This document shows, in pieces, positions 1-11,700 of a stretch of 64,000 nucleotides of DNA. A model generated the notes under the pieces. That model did not search any database and was not told the DNA's origin. It worked only from the letters and a program-made list of their open reading frames with translations. A program made the translations under genes and the position numbers. The DNA comes from Macrostomum hystrix (lineage: Eukaryota; Animalia; Platyhelminthes): positions 2,790,001 to 2,854,000 of the forward strand of contig CATNEN010000003.1 in NCBI GenBank assembly GCA_950097015.1, given 5' to 3'. How positions within the stretch are numbered: the first letter of the stretch is position 1; each line of letters starts with the position of its first letter.

Positions 1-120
1 TTCTTATGATTGTAGAAATCACCACAGGTGCGGCTTATAAACTCGAAGACAATATAGAGACCTCAAGTAATAATTAAAGCAAGTGAAGTTTCTAGGAAAT
101 GAGTCGCTCCCAAAAGTTTT

Positions 121-807
121 TCATCCACTTCCAGCTTTCGCAGCTGATCCATTGACAGAGCCGCTGTCAAGATTCTTCGCAGCAGAATCGCTTCCCAAAC
201 CTTCGTCTTCTTCCGTTGCCTCTTCACCATCGCTGTCTTCATCCGCGTCGGTATCTTCGTCATCATCTTCGGAATCTGTGTCATCATCGTCGTCGTCGTC
301 TTCATCGCCGGAGCTTATCTGATCCAGCAGCAGACGGTCTGAGATCACGGCGCGAAACTGCAACGCTTCCAGATTGTCCGGCTCGTACAGTAGAATCATT
401 TCGCACAGCTTGGCCGCATTGTTGAAGTCCTTGGTCATGACGCACTCGATGAATTCCATCAGCAGCTCAGTAGGAGCCTCCCGTCGTCTAGGCGTGGCTG
501 CGCCTGAACCATCGTGCGGCGTGCGGGCGCTACCGAGGCCGCTGTCCAGATTGCTGCGGCTTGTTGAAGACGCCGAAGCCGGAGCTGGAGGAACACGAGC
601 CGCTGACGTCGCCGACGCCGAGGCCGACGCTGTGGCTGCAGCCGGTTGACGACGTCGGGATGCTGCGGCAGCTGGCGACACCACCGAAGGTGCCGAACCA
701 GCTGGACGCTGCGAGACAGACAGCAGCGAGGACGCTGTCGGTGACAGCTGCGGTGGTGGCTTCCTTCCGCCGCCACTGCCGCCGCCGCCGCGAGAAGCTG
801 TTGCCAT
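121..807 (-). CDS. ERICH2: Glutamate-rich protein 2-like (ERICH2-like), apparently single coding exon, 228 aa
   Basis: Motif APTELLMEFIECVMTKDFNNAAKLCEMILLYEPDNLEALQF matches the ERICH2 core as I recall it (APLEL..EF..A.M...Y..A.KLCQMILIYEPEN.EA..F); followed by an Asp/Glu-rich tail; low-complexity Ala/Ser N-terminus. Confidence 0.75.
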   Translation of the reverse strand: MATASRGGGGSGGGRKPPPQLSPTASSLLSVSQRPAGSAPSVVSPAAAASRRRQPAAATASASASATSAARVPPAPASASSTSRSNLDSGLGSARTPHDGSGAATPRRREAPTELLMEFIECVMTKDFNNAAKLCEMILLYEPDNLEALQFRAVISDRLLLDQISSGDEDDDDDDDTDSEDDDEDTDADEDSDGEEATEEDEGLGSDSAAKNLDSGSVNGSAAKAGSG

Positions 808-981
808 GGTGATCTATGGCAGACTCTGAATACATAAACAATTATAATATTAATAGTAGTGCTACTGTGCTACTGTAATGATTTCATTTATCGAACGAAC
901 TTAAAAACCTAAATTTAGCTTTCAAATTTCGAGCGCCATGTAAGGTCGAAGCTGTTAAAAGGAGAGGTCGAGACAAATCAC

Positions 982-1150
982 GGAGGTCAATATACCAAAG
1001 GGAGGTCAAGATACTAACGGGAGGTCAATATACCAAAGGGAGGTCAAGATACTAACGGGAGGTCAATATACCAAAGGGAGGTCAAGATACTAACGGGAGG
1101 TCAATATACCAAAGGGAGGTCAAGATACCAGGAGGTTAATATATCAGAGG
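982..1150. repeat. Short tandem repeat of two alternating 19-bp units (GGAGGTCAATATACCAAAG / GGAGGTCAAGATACTAACG)
   Basis: About 4 copies of a 38-bp dimer, read directly. Confidence 0.9.
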
Positions 1151-2747
1151 TGTCAAGATAAAGGCAAGCGTAGGGTCAAAACGTGGCTACGGAATAACGA
1201 CTGTTTTCTAGGAAAACACAGAAAATAAATTATGTGAGCTATAACTTTAGCCAGACAACACAAAAATATGCCACTTAAATAATTTTTCACGAGTTGGTTT
1301 GCTGGTGGCCACAGCTTTTTATATATTGTAAACAAAAAAGACACGGAAGTACACGGCAATATATATATGTATATATATATATATAATATTTGTTATACTC
1401 TTTATCAGCGTTTAAATAAGCAAAAAATAATGGTTATAACAAAACAAAGAGACACATACGTAAAAAAGTTCAATCGAAAAAACGGACAAAAATATATAAG
1501 TGCATGAGTATATCTCATTGGATACTAGGTATTTGGACAGAAGATCTTTGTCGCAAAAAATAAATAAAACATTTTAAAGTAAAACAACTTTTAAAGAAAC
1601 TATGAAGTTAAGATTAGTCTCTTAAGCAGTAGAACTGAAAGGAAGAACAAATATAATTGATTCTTTAAAAAACATCCAAAGAACATGTACTGCTCTATTT
1701 TAATCAAATTATCTTTTTCATACATATAATGTGAATGACAATTAAAATTTCATAAAATGGGCGGATAGACGGATATATAACGGAAAAAGAACACCAAAGA
1801 AAAACTACGTAAAGAGTAGATAACAAAATAACAAAAACTGTTTTATTACAGTATAATATGGATTTACTGATTATTGTGTAATGCCCTACATATTTTTATG
1901 TTTACGCCATTTTTAAACGCGGATTTTTCACAGATACATTTCTGGAACACAACGCTATCGAAATGCAAAGTAAAACAAAATTCGAACAAAAACAAAATGA
2001 CAGATAACGCTTGCTGAGTTATGAGTATTGTCTTTTCGGTACTGCAATCGTATAATAGTGCCAAAAAAAGAAATTTTTATTGAATTTAGCAAAAAGCTAA
2101 ATCTTAGAACAATTAAATTAACAAAAAAATAATTTTTACTTCACTTTTTTGAGGTCAGGTCTTTTCGTGCCCACTTTTTACAATGCGTACTCCGATAATA
2201 TTTCGCTTTTTGATAATGTTGTCGAGGACATATTGTTTTGTTAAAATGAAGTAAAAATAACAACAAACTAAAATCTACACACGAAAGATAAAGTGTGTAC
2301 GAAAAAAATATTAAAACAAAAAAGATTTGTTAATATGAATTACATACTACACCCACACACAGACAACACGGATAGCAAAGTTTAAGCATAAATTTGTGCA
2401 TAAAGAAAAAGTTTTTTCCGTCATCACAAGATCATTGCTAGCAGGCTGCACACACTGTCAACTAGAATTGCGTTACTAAGTTTCTCGCTAACCGTTACTT
2501 TTTCTACATCTGATAAACTAGAAACGAAAAGTTGTTAGTTTTTATGGAAAATTCCTCATACCAAATAACGAATCATAAAGCGTTAATTATTTATATTAAA
2601 TAGAAGCTTATTATCCGTTACTTTCCGACAAACGTCAATAAATCTGTGTTAAGTTTTAGTTGTAGAATCGTTAAAAGTAACGGAACAAAAAAGTAACGAC
2701 TTTCGTAAATTGCGAAAAATATCGAACCAATACTACTTTATCCTTGA

Positions 2748-5700
2748 TCAATCATCTTCGGGTCCTTTAGAAAATCCGTTATTGACATTCTTGTCAGCAA
2801 CGCCAGGTGCTGGTGGCTGCATCGGTAGTTCAGTCAGGGGGTCGGGGCTGAATGGCTTGTAACGCATCGCCAGCAGGATGAATACGAACACATTCAGCAG
2901 CATCAGGATGGCGAACATCAGAAACTCGTAGCTCTGATAGGGAATGATGCGCACTTCGCTAACCACCATGACGACAACGTTGCCAATGGCGACGCACATT
3001 AGCCAGAGAGCTTGGATTAGCGACTTCATAGAGGTCGGGGCTTCGGCATAGGACAGAGCCAAGCCGGAGATTGAGAACAGCACCTCCGCTATGGAGATAA
3101 GGATGTACTGCGGAACCTGCCACATCATTGACACTGAATTGGCTCGGACTTCTTCAACTAGGAATGAGCGAATTGTGCCGGTCGCATCGGAGTACAGGAT
3201 TAGAGTCATGATCTGACCGTCTGCGGGCATAAGTAAAGGATTTTGTACAGATTTTAGTGTTAGGAAGAAACAGGTAGACTGTAGGGAGACAGGGTAGACT
3301 GAAGAAAGACAGAGGTGGACTGTAGGGAGACAGAGGTAGACTGTAGGGAGAAAGAGGTAGACTGTAGGGAGAAAGAGGTAGACTGTAGGGAGACAGAGTT
3401 AGACTGTAGGGAGAAAGAGGTAGACTGTAGGGAGACAGAGGTAGACTGTAGGGAGACAGAGGTAGACTGTAGGGAGACAGAGGTAGACTGTAGGGAGACA
3501 GAGGTAGACTGAAGAAAGACAGAGGTAGACTGTAGGGAGACAGAGGTAGACTGTAGGGAGACAGAGGTAGACTGAAGAAAGACAGAGGTAGACTGTAGGG
3601 AGAAAGAGGTAGACTGTAGGGAGACAGAGGTAGACTGTAGGGAGAAAGAGGTAGACTGTAGGGAGAAAGAGGTAGACTGTAGGGAGAAAGAGGTAGACTG
3701 TGTAGGCATGGAGGAAGACTGTGTAGGCATGGAGGTAGACTGTGTAGGCATGGAGGAAGACTGTGTAGGCATGGAGGTAGACTGTGTAGGCATGGAGGAA
3801 GACTGTGTAGGCATGGAGGTAGACTGTGTAGGCATGGAGGAAGACTGTGTAGGCATGGAGGAAGACTGTGTAGGCATGGAGGTAGACTGTGTAGGCATGG
3901 AGGTAGACTGTGCAGGCATGGAGGAAGACTGTGTAGGCATGGAGGAAGACTGTGTAGGCATGGAGGAAGACTGTGTAGGCATGGAGGAAGACTGTGTAGG
4001 CATGGAGGAAGACTGTGTAGGCATGGAGGTAGACTGTGTAGGCATGGAGGAAGACTGTGTAGGCATGGAGGAAGACTGTGTAGGCATGGAGGAAGACTGT
4101 GTAGGCATGGAGGAAGACTGTGTAGGCATGGAGGTAGACTGTGTAGGCATGGAGAAAGACTGTGTAGGCATGGAGGTAGACTGTGCAGGCATGGAGGAAG
4201 ACTGTGTAGGCATGGAGGAAGACTGTGTAGGCATGGAGGAAGACTGTGTAGGCATGGAGGAAGACTGTGTAGGCATGGAGGAAGACTGTGTAGGCATGGA
4301 GGTAGACTGTGTAGGCATGGAGAAAGACTGTGTAGGCATGGAGAAAGACTGTGTAGGCATGGAGGAAGACTGTGTAGGCATGGAGGAAGACTGTGTAGGC
4401 ATGGAGGAAGACTGTGTAGGCATGGAGGAAGACTGTGTAGGCATGGAGGAAGACTGTGTAGGCATGGAGGAAGACTGTGTAGGCATGGAGGTAGACTGTG
4501 CAGGCATGGAGGTAGACTGTGTAGGCATGGAGGAAGACTGTGTAGGCATGGAGGAAGACTGTGTAGGCATGGAGGAAGACTGTGTAGGCATGGAGGAAGA
4601 CTGTGTAGGCATGGAGGTAGACTGTGTAGGCATGGAGAAAGACTGTGTAGGCATGGAGAAAGACTGTGTAGGCATGGAGGAAGACTGTGTAGGCATGGAG
4701 GAAGACTGTGTAGGCATGGAGGAAGACTGTGTAGGCATGGAGGAAGACTGTGTAGGCATGGAGGAAGACTGTGTAGGCATGGAGGAAGACTGTGTAGGCA
4801 TGGAGGTAGACTGTGCAGGCATGGAGGTAGACTGTGTAGGCATGGAGGAAGACTGTGTAGGCATGGAGGAAGACTGTGTAGGCATGGGAGGAAGACAGTG
4901 CAGGCATGGAGAAAGACTGTGTAGGCATGGAGGTAGACTATGCAGGCATGGAGGAAGACTGTGTAGGCATGGAGGAAGACTGTGTAGGCATGGAGGAAGA
5001 CTGTGTAGGCATGGAGGAAGACTGTGTAGGCATGGAGGAAGACTGTGTAGGCATGGAGGTTAGACTGTGTAGGCATGGAGAAAGACTGTGTAGGCATGGA
5101 GGAAAGACTGTGTAGGCATGGAGGTAGACTGTGTAGGCATGGAGGTAGACTGTGTAGGCATGGAGGAAGACTGTGTAGGCATGGAGGAAGACTGTGTAGG
5201 CATGGAGGAAGACTGTGTAGGCATGGAGGTAGACTGTGTAGGCATGGAGGAAAGACTGTGTAGGCATGGAGAAAGACTGTGTAGGCATGGAGGAAGACTG
5301 TGTAGGCATGGAGGAAGACTGTGTAGGCATGGAGGAAGACTGTGTAGGCATGGAGGAAGACTGTGTAGGCATGGAGGAAGACTGTGTAGGCATGGAGGAA
5401 GACTGTGTAGGCATGGAGGTAGACTGTGCAGGCATGGAGGTAGACTGTGTAGGCATGGAGGAAGACTGTGTAGGCATGGAGGAAGACTGTGTAGGCATGG
5501 AGGAAGACAGTGCAGGCATGGAGAAAGACTGTGTAGGCATGGAGGTAGACTATGCAGGCATGGAGGAAGACTGTGTAGGCATGGAGGAAGACTGTGTAGG
5601 CATGGAGGAAGACTGTGTAGGCATGGAGGAAGACTGTGTAGGCATGGAGGAAGACTGTGTAGGCATGGAGGTAGACTGTGTAGGCATGGAGAAAGACTGT

Positions 5701-8700
5701 GTAGGCATGGAGGAAAGACTGTGTAGGCATGGAGGTAGACTGTGTCAGGCATGGAGGTAGACTGTGTAGGCATGGAGGTAAGACTGTGCAGGCATGGAGG
5801 AAGACTGTGTAGGCATGGAGGAAGACTGTGTAGGCATGGAGGTAAGACTGTGTAGGCATGGAGGTAGACTGTGTAGGCATGGAGGAAGACTGTGTAGGCA
5901 TGGAGGTAGACTGTGTAGGCATGGAGGAAGACTGTGTAGGCATGGAGGAAGACTGTGTAGGCATGGAGGTAGACTGTGTAGGCATGGAGGAAGACTGTGT
6001 AGGCATGGAGGAAGACTGTGTAGGCATGGAGGAAGACTGTGTAGGCATGGAGGTAGACTGTGTAGGCATGGAGGAAGACTGTGTAGGCATGGAGGTAGAC
6101 TGTGTAGGCATGGAGGTAGACTGTGTAGGCATGGAGAAGACTGTGTAGGCATGGAGGATAGACTGTGTAGGCATGGAGGAAGACTGGTAGGCATGGAGGA
6201 AGACTGTGTAGGCATGGAGGTAGACTGTGTAGGCATGGAGGAAGGACTGTGTAGGCATGGAGGAAGACTGTGTAGGCATGGAGGAAGACTGTGTAGGCAT
6301 GGAGGAAGACTGTGTAGGCATGGAGGAAGACTGTGTAGGCATGGAGGAAGACTGTGTAGGCATGGAGGTAGACTGTGTAGGCATGGAGGTAGACTGTGTA
6401 GGCATGGAGGTAGACTGTGCAGGCATGGAGGAAGACTGTGTAGGCATGGAGGAAGACTGTGTAGGCATGGAGGAAGACTGTGTAGGCATGGAGGAAGACT
6501 GTGTAGGCATGGAGGGAAGACTGTGTAGGCATGGAGGAAGACTGTGTAGGCATGGAGGAAGACTGTGTAGGCATGGAGGAAGACTGTGTAGGCATGGAGG
6601 AAGACTGTGTAGGCATGGAGGAAGACTGTGTAGGCATGGAGGTAGACTGTGTAGGCATGGAGGTAGACTGTGTAGGCATGGAGGTAGACTGTGCAGGCAT
6701 GGAGGAAGACTGTGTAGGCATGGAGGAAGACTGTGTAGGCATGGAGGAAGACTGTGTAGGCATGGAGGAAGACTGTGTAGGCATGGAGGAAGACTGTGTA
6801 GGCATGGAGGTAGACTGTGTAGGCATGGAGAAAGACTGTGTAGGCATGGAGAAAGACTGTGTAGGCATGGAGGAAGACTGTGTAGGCATGGAGGTAGACT
6901 GTGTAGGCATGGAGGAAGACTGTGTAGGCATGGAGGTAGACTGTGTAGGCATGGAGAAAGACTGTGTAGGCATGGAGGAAGACTGTGTAGGCATGGAGGT
7001 AGACTGTAGTGGAGGTAGAAAAAAGAAGAAACCAATTGAAACAGAAAACAAAGATTTATCCCGGTTTTCACATTTTTAGCTCGCTCATAAACAAGCACGA
7101 AGCGAAGCAGTGCGAACTGCTATAGAATACGATCAAGTAGAACTCGCAACGCCATTGTCAATGTTAAAACTTTACCGATAATAACAACTATGAAATCGCT
7201 GACTGTCTAATGACATTGTAAATAAACAAAACCTTTACTATAGAGCAGAAAGTAACATAGAGAAAGAGAGAAGGAGAGAGAGAAGACTCTATCTAGTATT
7301 TCCGCTGTCAAACAATGGCTAGGCCATTCTATTTGAATATTCTCTTATTTAGCTGTCGCACTAGTTAGTGTGTGTGTGTGTGTGTGTCAAATATTCTAGC
7401 GTTGAAAATATTGCAAGCAGACACGCATTATTCACAGCTCACGTGTTCCGAGAATTTAATAGCAGAAATATTCGCCAGATTTTTTCTCATTTTCAGATGT
7501 ACTTTTAGCTAGATACTCATAGTGCTTGGACCAGACATATTAATTTTAATTTCCTGCCTTTATCGCTGAGAGCACACGAAGATTGTCCCCAAGGACCCCT
7601 AGTAGAATTCGATCCCAAAATCACGACCCACTGCGAGTTCATTAAACTAGGCCAACATTGTCGAAAGTTTAACTGAACAGAACTTTTAACTGGCGAGGTT
7701 TTAATGCTGCAACAAAAAACGAAGAAAATATTTCTTCGAAAATAGAATTCAACTGTTAACTTACAACCGTGATGCAAAAAATCATTAGATACCACTCCTG
7801 GTTAGTGTTATGCGAATAATTATTTGATAATTATAGTGTCGCCTTAAATAGTTGGGTAAGCAAATAACTAACCTATGTACCTGAAGGGATGCCAACCTAT
7901 GTACCTGAAGGGATGCCAACCTATGTACCTGAGGAGATGCCAACCTATGTACCTGAGGAGATGCCAACCTATGTACCTGAGGAGATGCCAACCTATGTAC
8001 CTGAGGAGATGCCAACCTAAGTACCTGAGGAGATGCCAACCTATGTACCTGAGGAGATGCCAACCTATGTACCTGATGAGATGCCAACCTGTGTACCTGA
8101 GGGGATAATAACCTATGTACCTGAGGGGATAATAACCTATGTACCTGAGGGGATAATAACCTATGTACCTGAAGGGATAATAACTTATGTACCTGAAGGG
8201 ATAATAACCTATGTACCTGAAGGGATAATAACCTATGTACCTGAGGGGATAATAACCTATGTACCTGAGGGGATAATAACCTATGTACCTGAAGGGATAA
8301 TAACCTATGTACCTGAAGGGATAATAACCTATGTACCTGAAGGGATAATAACCTATGTACCTGAGGGGATAATAACCTATGTACTTGAAGGGATAATAAC
8401 CTATGTACCTGAAGGGATAATAACCTATGTACCTGAAGGGATAATAACCTATGTACCTGAAGGTACACAACTAAAACAACTAAGAGAGTACATGGATACA
8501 CGAAACACTCAAAGCAGCAGGAACTCACTATTAACTCCAACATTTGGTAGCTCTGGTTTGCCCTTGCCAGTAAAGTTACCGGACAAATGCACAGAGTAGA
8601 AACCGCTCTGCACAGGCTGATAGTCCGTGAACCTGATATCGCTAACTGAGGTTAAATTAAATAGAAATTCGATTTTGTCTTTCACTCGACTAATTCGATT

Positions 8701-11700
8701 CAGCGACAGGCGATCATAGCGCAGTTTATCGGCTAGGGTAGGATCCGTCAGCATTACTCGAATCAGGCTCAGGCCTTTGTGATGCTTCTCGGTGACAGCT
8801 GGTACTGCGGCCAGCTGGCCCGAACCATAGACTATGACGTCATATGAATTTTTGTTTCCGGTTAGGGTCAGGTTGGACATAACAGAGACTGTTTCCAAGC
8901 AGTCTGGATTCGAATCAGCGGCGACGTTCCACAGTTGAGAGGTCTGTCGGTGCGGGAGAGGGTAGGTAGAATGTACATTGATAAAGACAGTGACGAATGT
9001 ACATTAGTCTAGGCAGTGACGAATGTACATTGATCTCAGCGGTGACGAATGTACATTGATCTCAGCGGTGACGAATGTACATTAGTCTAGGCAGTGACGA
9101 ATGTACATTAGTCTAGGCCGTGACGAACATACATTGGTCTAGGCAGTGACGAATGTACATTGGTCTAGGCAGTGACGAATGTACATTGGTCTAGGCAGTG
9201 ACGAATGTACATTGGTCTAGGCAGTGACGAATGTACATTGGTCTAGGCAGTGACGAATGTACATTGGTCTAGGCCGTGACGAACATACATTGGTCTAGGC
9301 AGTGACGAATGTACATTGGTCTAGGCAGTGACGAATGTACATTGGTCTAGGCAGTGACGAATGTACATTGGTCTAGGCAGTGACGAATGTACATTGGTCT
9401 AGGCAGTGACGAATGTACATTGGTCTAGGCAGTGACGAATATACATTGGTCTAGGCAGTGACGAATGTACATTGGTCTAGGCAGTGACGAATGTACATTG
9501 GTCTAGTGACAGCGGTATACTCACCTTATCGTGCAGAATTGCTCGCGAATAAGAAAATGTCGGTACCGGATCAACGGAGCCTTCAAATTTGAAGTTGACA
9601 TCGCAGGCCCTTGTTCCGGTGAGGGCGTTGACAAATTTCAGTTTGATTTGGCCGGCCTTGGGCACAACTGGCAGCTCCCTTTCGATGCGCATCTGGACGG
9701 CCATCGCCGCTACAAAAGCTACCGAAGCTAGCAGCATGCCAACACCCATGCGCTTGCACAGGGATGTCGACAGGTGGAGCTTGCCTGCCAACGGAAGAAT
9801 TATAATTGCTGGCCGTTGCTTTACTTTTAGAGGGCATTATGCACTTTGTTAAACGGCCCTGGGGTGGGTTTAAGAAGCCCTTCGCTCAGGTGTTACTGAA
9901 TCGATTCTAGAAGTCCCTATGTCAATAGTTGAAAGGTGATCTGAATTTAGCTCTCATAAATTACGCAATTAGTGTACAACACAGTCACATGGAAACTTAG
10001 AGAAAAGGTATATGCAAAGCGGTCACTCAAACAAAACTAAGCAGAAACCATGGGCTTTCCCTAGAAGATGTTTATAGAGACTTCAGAAAAAAAGAAATTA
10101 TTAAATATTTGTAGATTTCAAAAAGCACTTAAAAGCACTTCAAAAAACCTTAATCTTTTGTTTAAGATAACTGAAAAAATAAGATCATTGTAAATCAATT
10201 AACTTAATTTCATTTTTCTCAGCTAAAATAAGATCAACAACCTATAAGATGGCCTCTTATTCTTCCCGAATACCAAACACAGCAATTGCACTTTTCACAA
10301 CATAAACTTTCAATGAACTGTCGAAACAAAATGAAAATGAAAATTCATTTCTTAAGAAATCATAAAAAATCAACTAATTGGCATAATTTAACGCAACGCT
10401 CAAATCACAGTTGATGCTGGATTGTTACAACAATACTTACCTTCCCATCTGCCTAGAAAAATCAAATAGAAAAGCTATAAATATTAGATTGTGTGGGGTA
10501 GATCATCCTAATGAATAACTGGGTGTGTGGGATAGATAATCCTAATGAATAACTGGGTGTGTCGGGTAGATAATCCTAATGAATAACTGGGTGTGTCGGG
10601 CAGATAATCCTAATGAATAACTGGGTGTGTCGGGTAGATAATCCTAATGAATAACTGGGTGTGTCGGGTAGATAATCCTAATGAATAACTGGGTGTGTCG
10701 GGTAGATAATCCTAATGAATAACTGGGTGTGTCGGGAAGATAATCCTAATGAATAACTGGGTGTGTCGGGTAGATAATCCTAATGAATAACTGGGTGTGT
10801 CGGGTAGATAATCCTAATGAATAACTGGGTGTGTCGGGTAGATAATCCTAATGAATAACTGGGTGTCTCGGATAGATAATCCTAATGAATAACTGGGTGT
10901 GTCGGGTAGATAATCCTAATGAATAACTGGGTGTGTCGGGTAGATAATCCTAATGAATAACTGGGTGTGTCGGGTAGATAATCCTAATGAATAACTGGGT
11001 GTGTCGGGTAGATAATCCTAATGAATAACTGGGTGTCTCGGATAGATAATCCTAATGAATAACTGGGTGTGTCGGGTAGATAATCCTAATGAATAACTAG
11101 GTGTGTCGGGTAGATAATCCTAATGAATAACTGGGTGTCTCGGATAGATAATCCTAATGAATAACTGGGTGTGTCGGGTAGATAATCCTAATGAATAACT
11201 GGGTGTGTGGGGTAGATAATCCTAATGAATAACTGGGTGTGTGGGGTAGATAATCCTAATGAATAACTGGGTGTGTGGGGTAGATAATCCTAATGAATAA
11301 CTGGGTGTGTCGGGTAGATAATCCTAATGAATAACTGGGTGTGTGGGATAGATAATCCTAATGAATAACTGGGTGTGTCGGGTAGATAATCCTAATGAAT
11401 AACTGGGTGTGTCGGGTAGATAATCCTAATGAATAACTGGGTGTGTCGGGTGGATAATCCTAATGAATAACTGGGTGTGTCGGGTAGATAATCCTAATGA
11501 ATAACTGGGTGTGTCGGGTAGATAATCCTAATGAATAACTGGGTGTGTCGGGTAGATAATCCTAATGAATAACTGGGTGTCTCGGATAGATAATCCTAAT
11601 GAATAACTGGGTGTGTCGGGTAGATAATCCTAATGAATAACTGGGTGTGTCGGAGAGATAATCCTAATGAATAACTGGGTGTGTCGGGTAGATAATCCTA

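Noticed and set aside
3154-7098. 1314-aa and other long ORFs on both strands
   Set aside because: Products of a stop-poor 21-bp minisatellite with frequent frame switches, inside a PepT intron.
7558-7689. Possible extra phase-1 PepT exon (within ORF 7517-7795)
   Set aside because: Would need a weak GC donor, has no recognisable transporter similarity, and exons 3 and 4 already join in frame.
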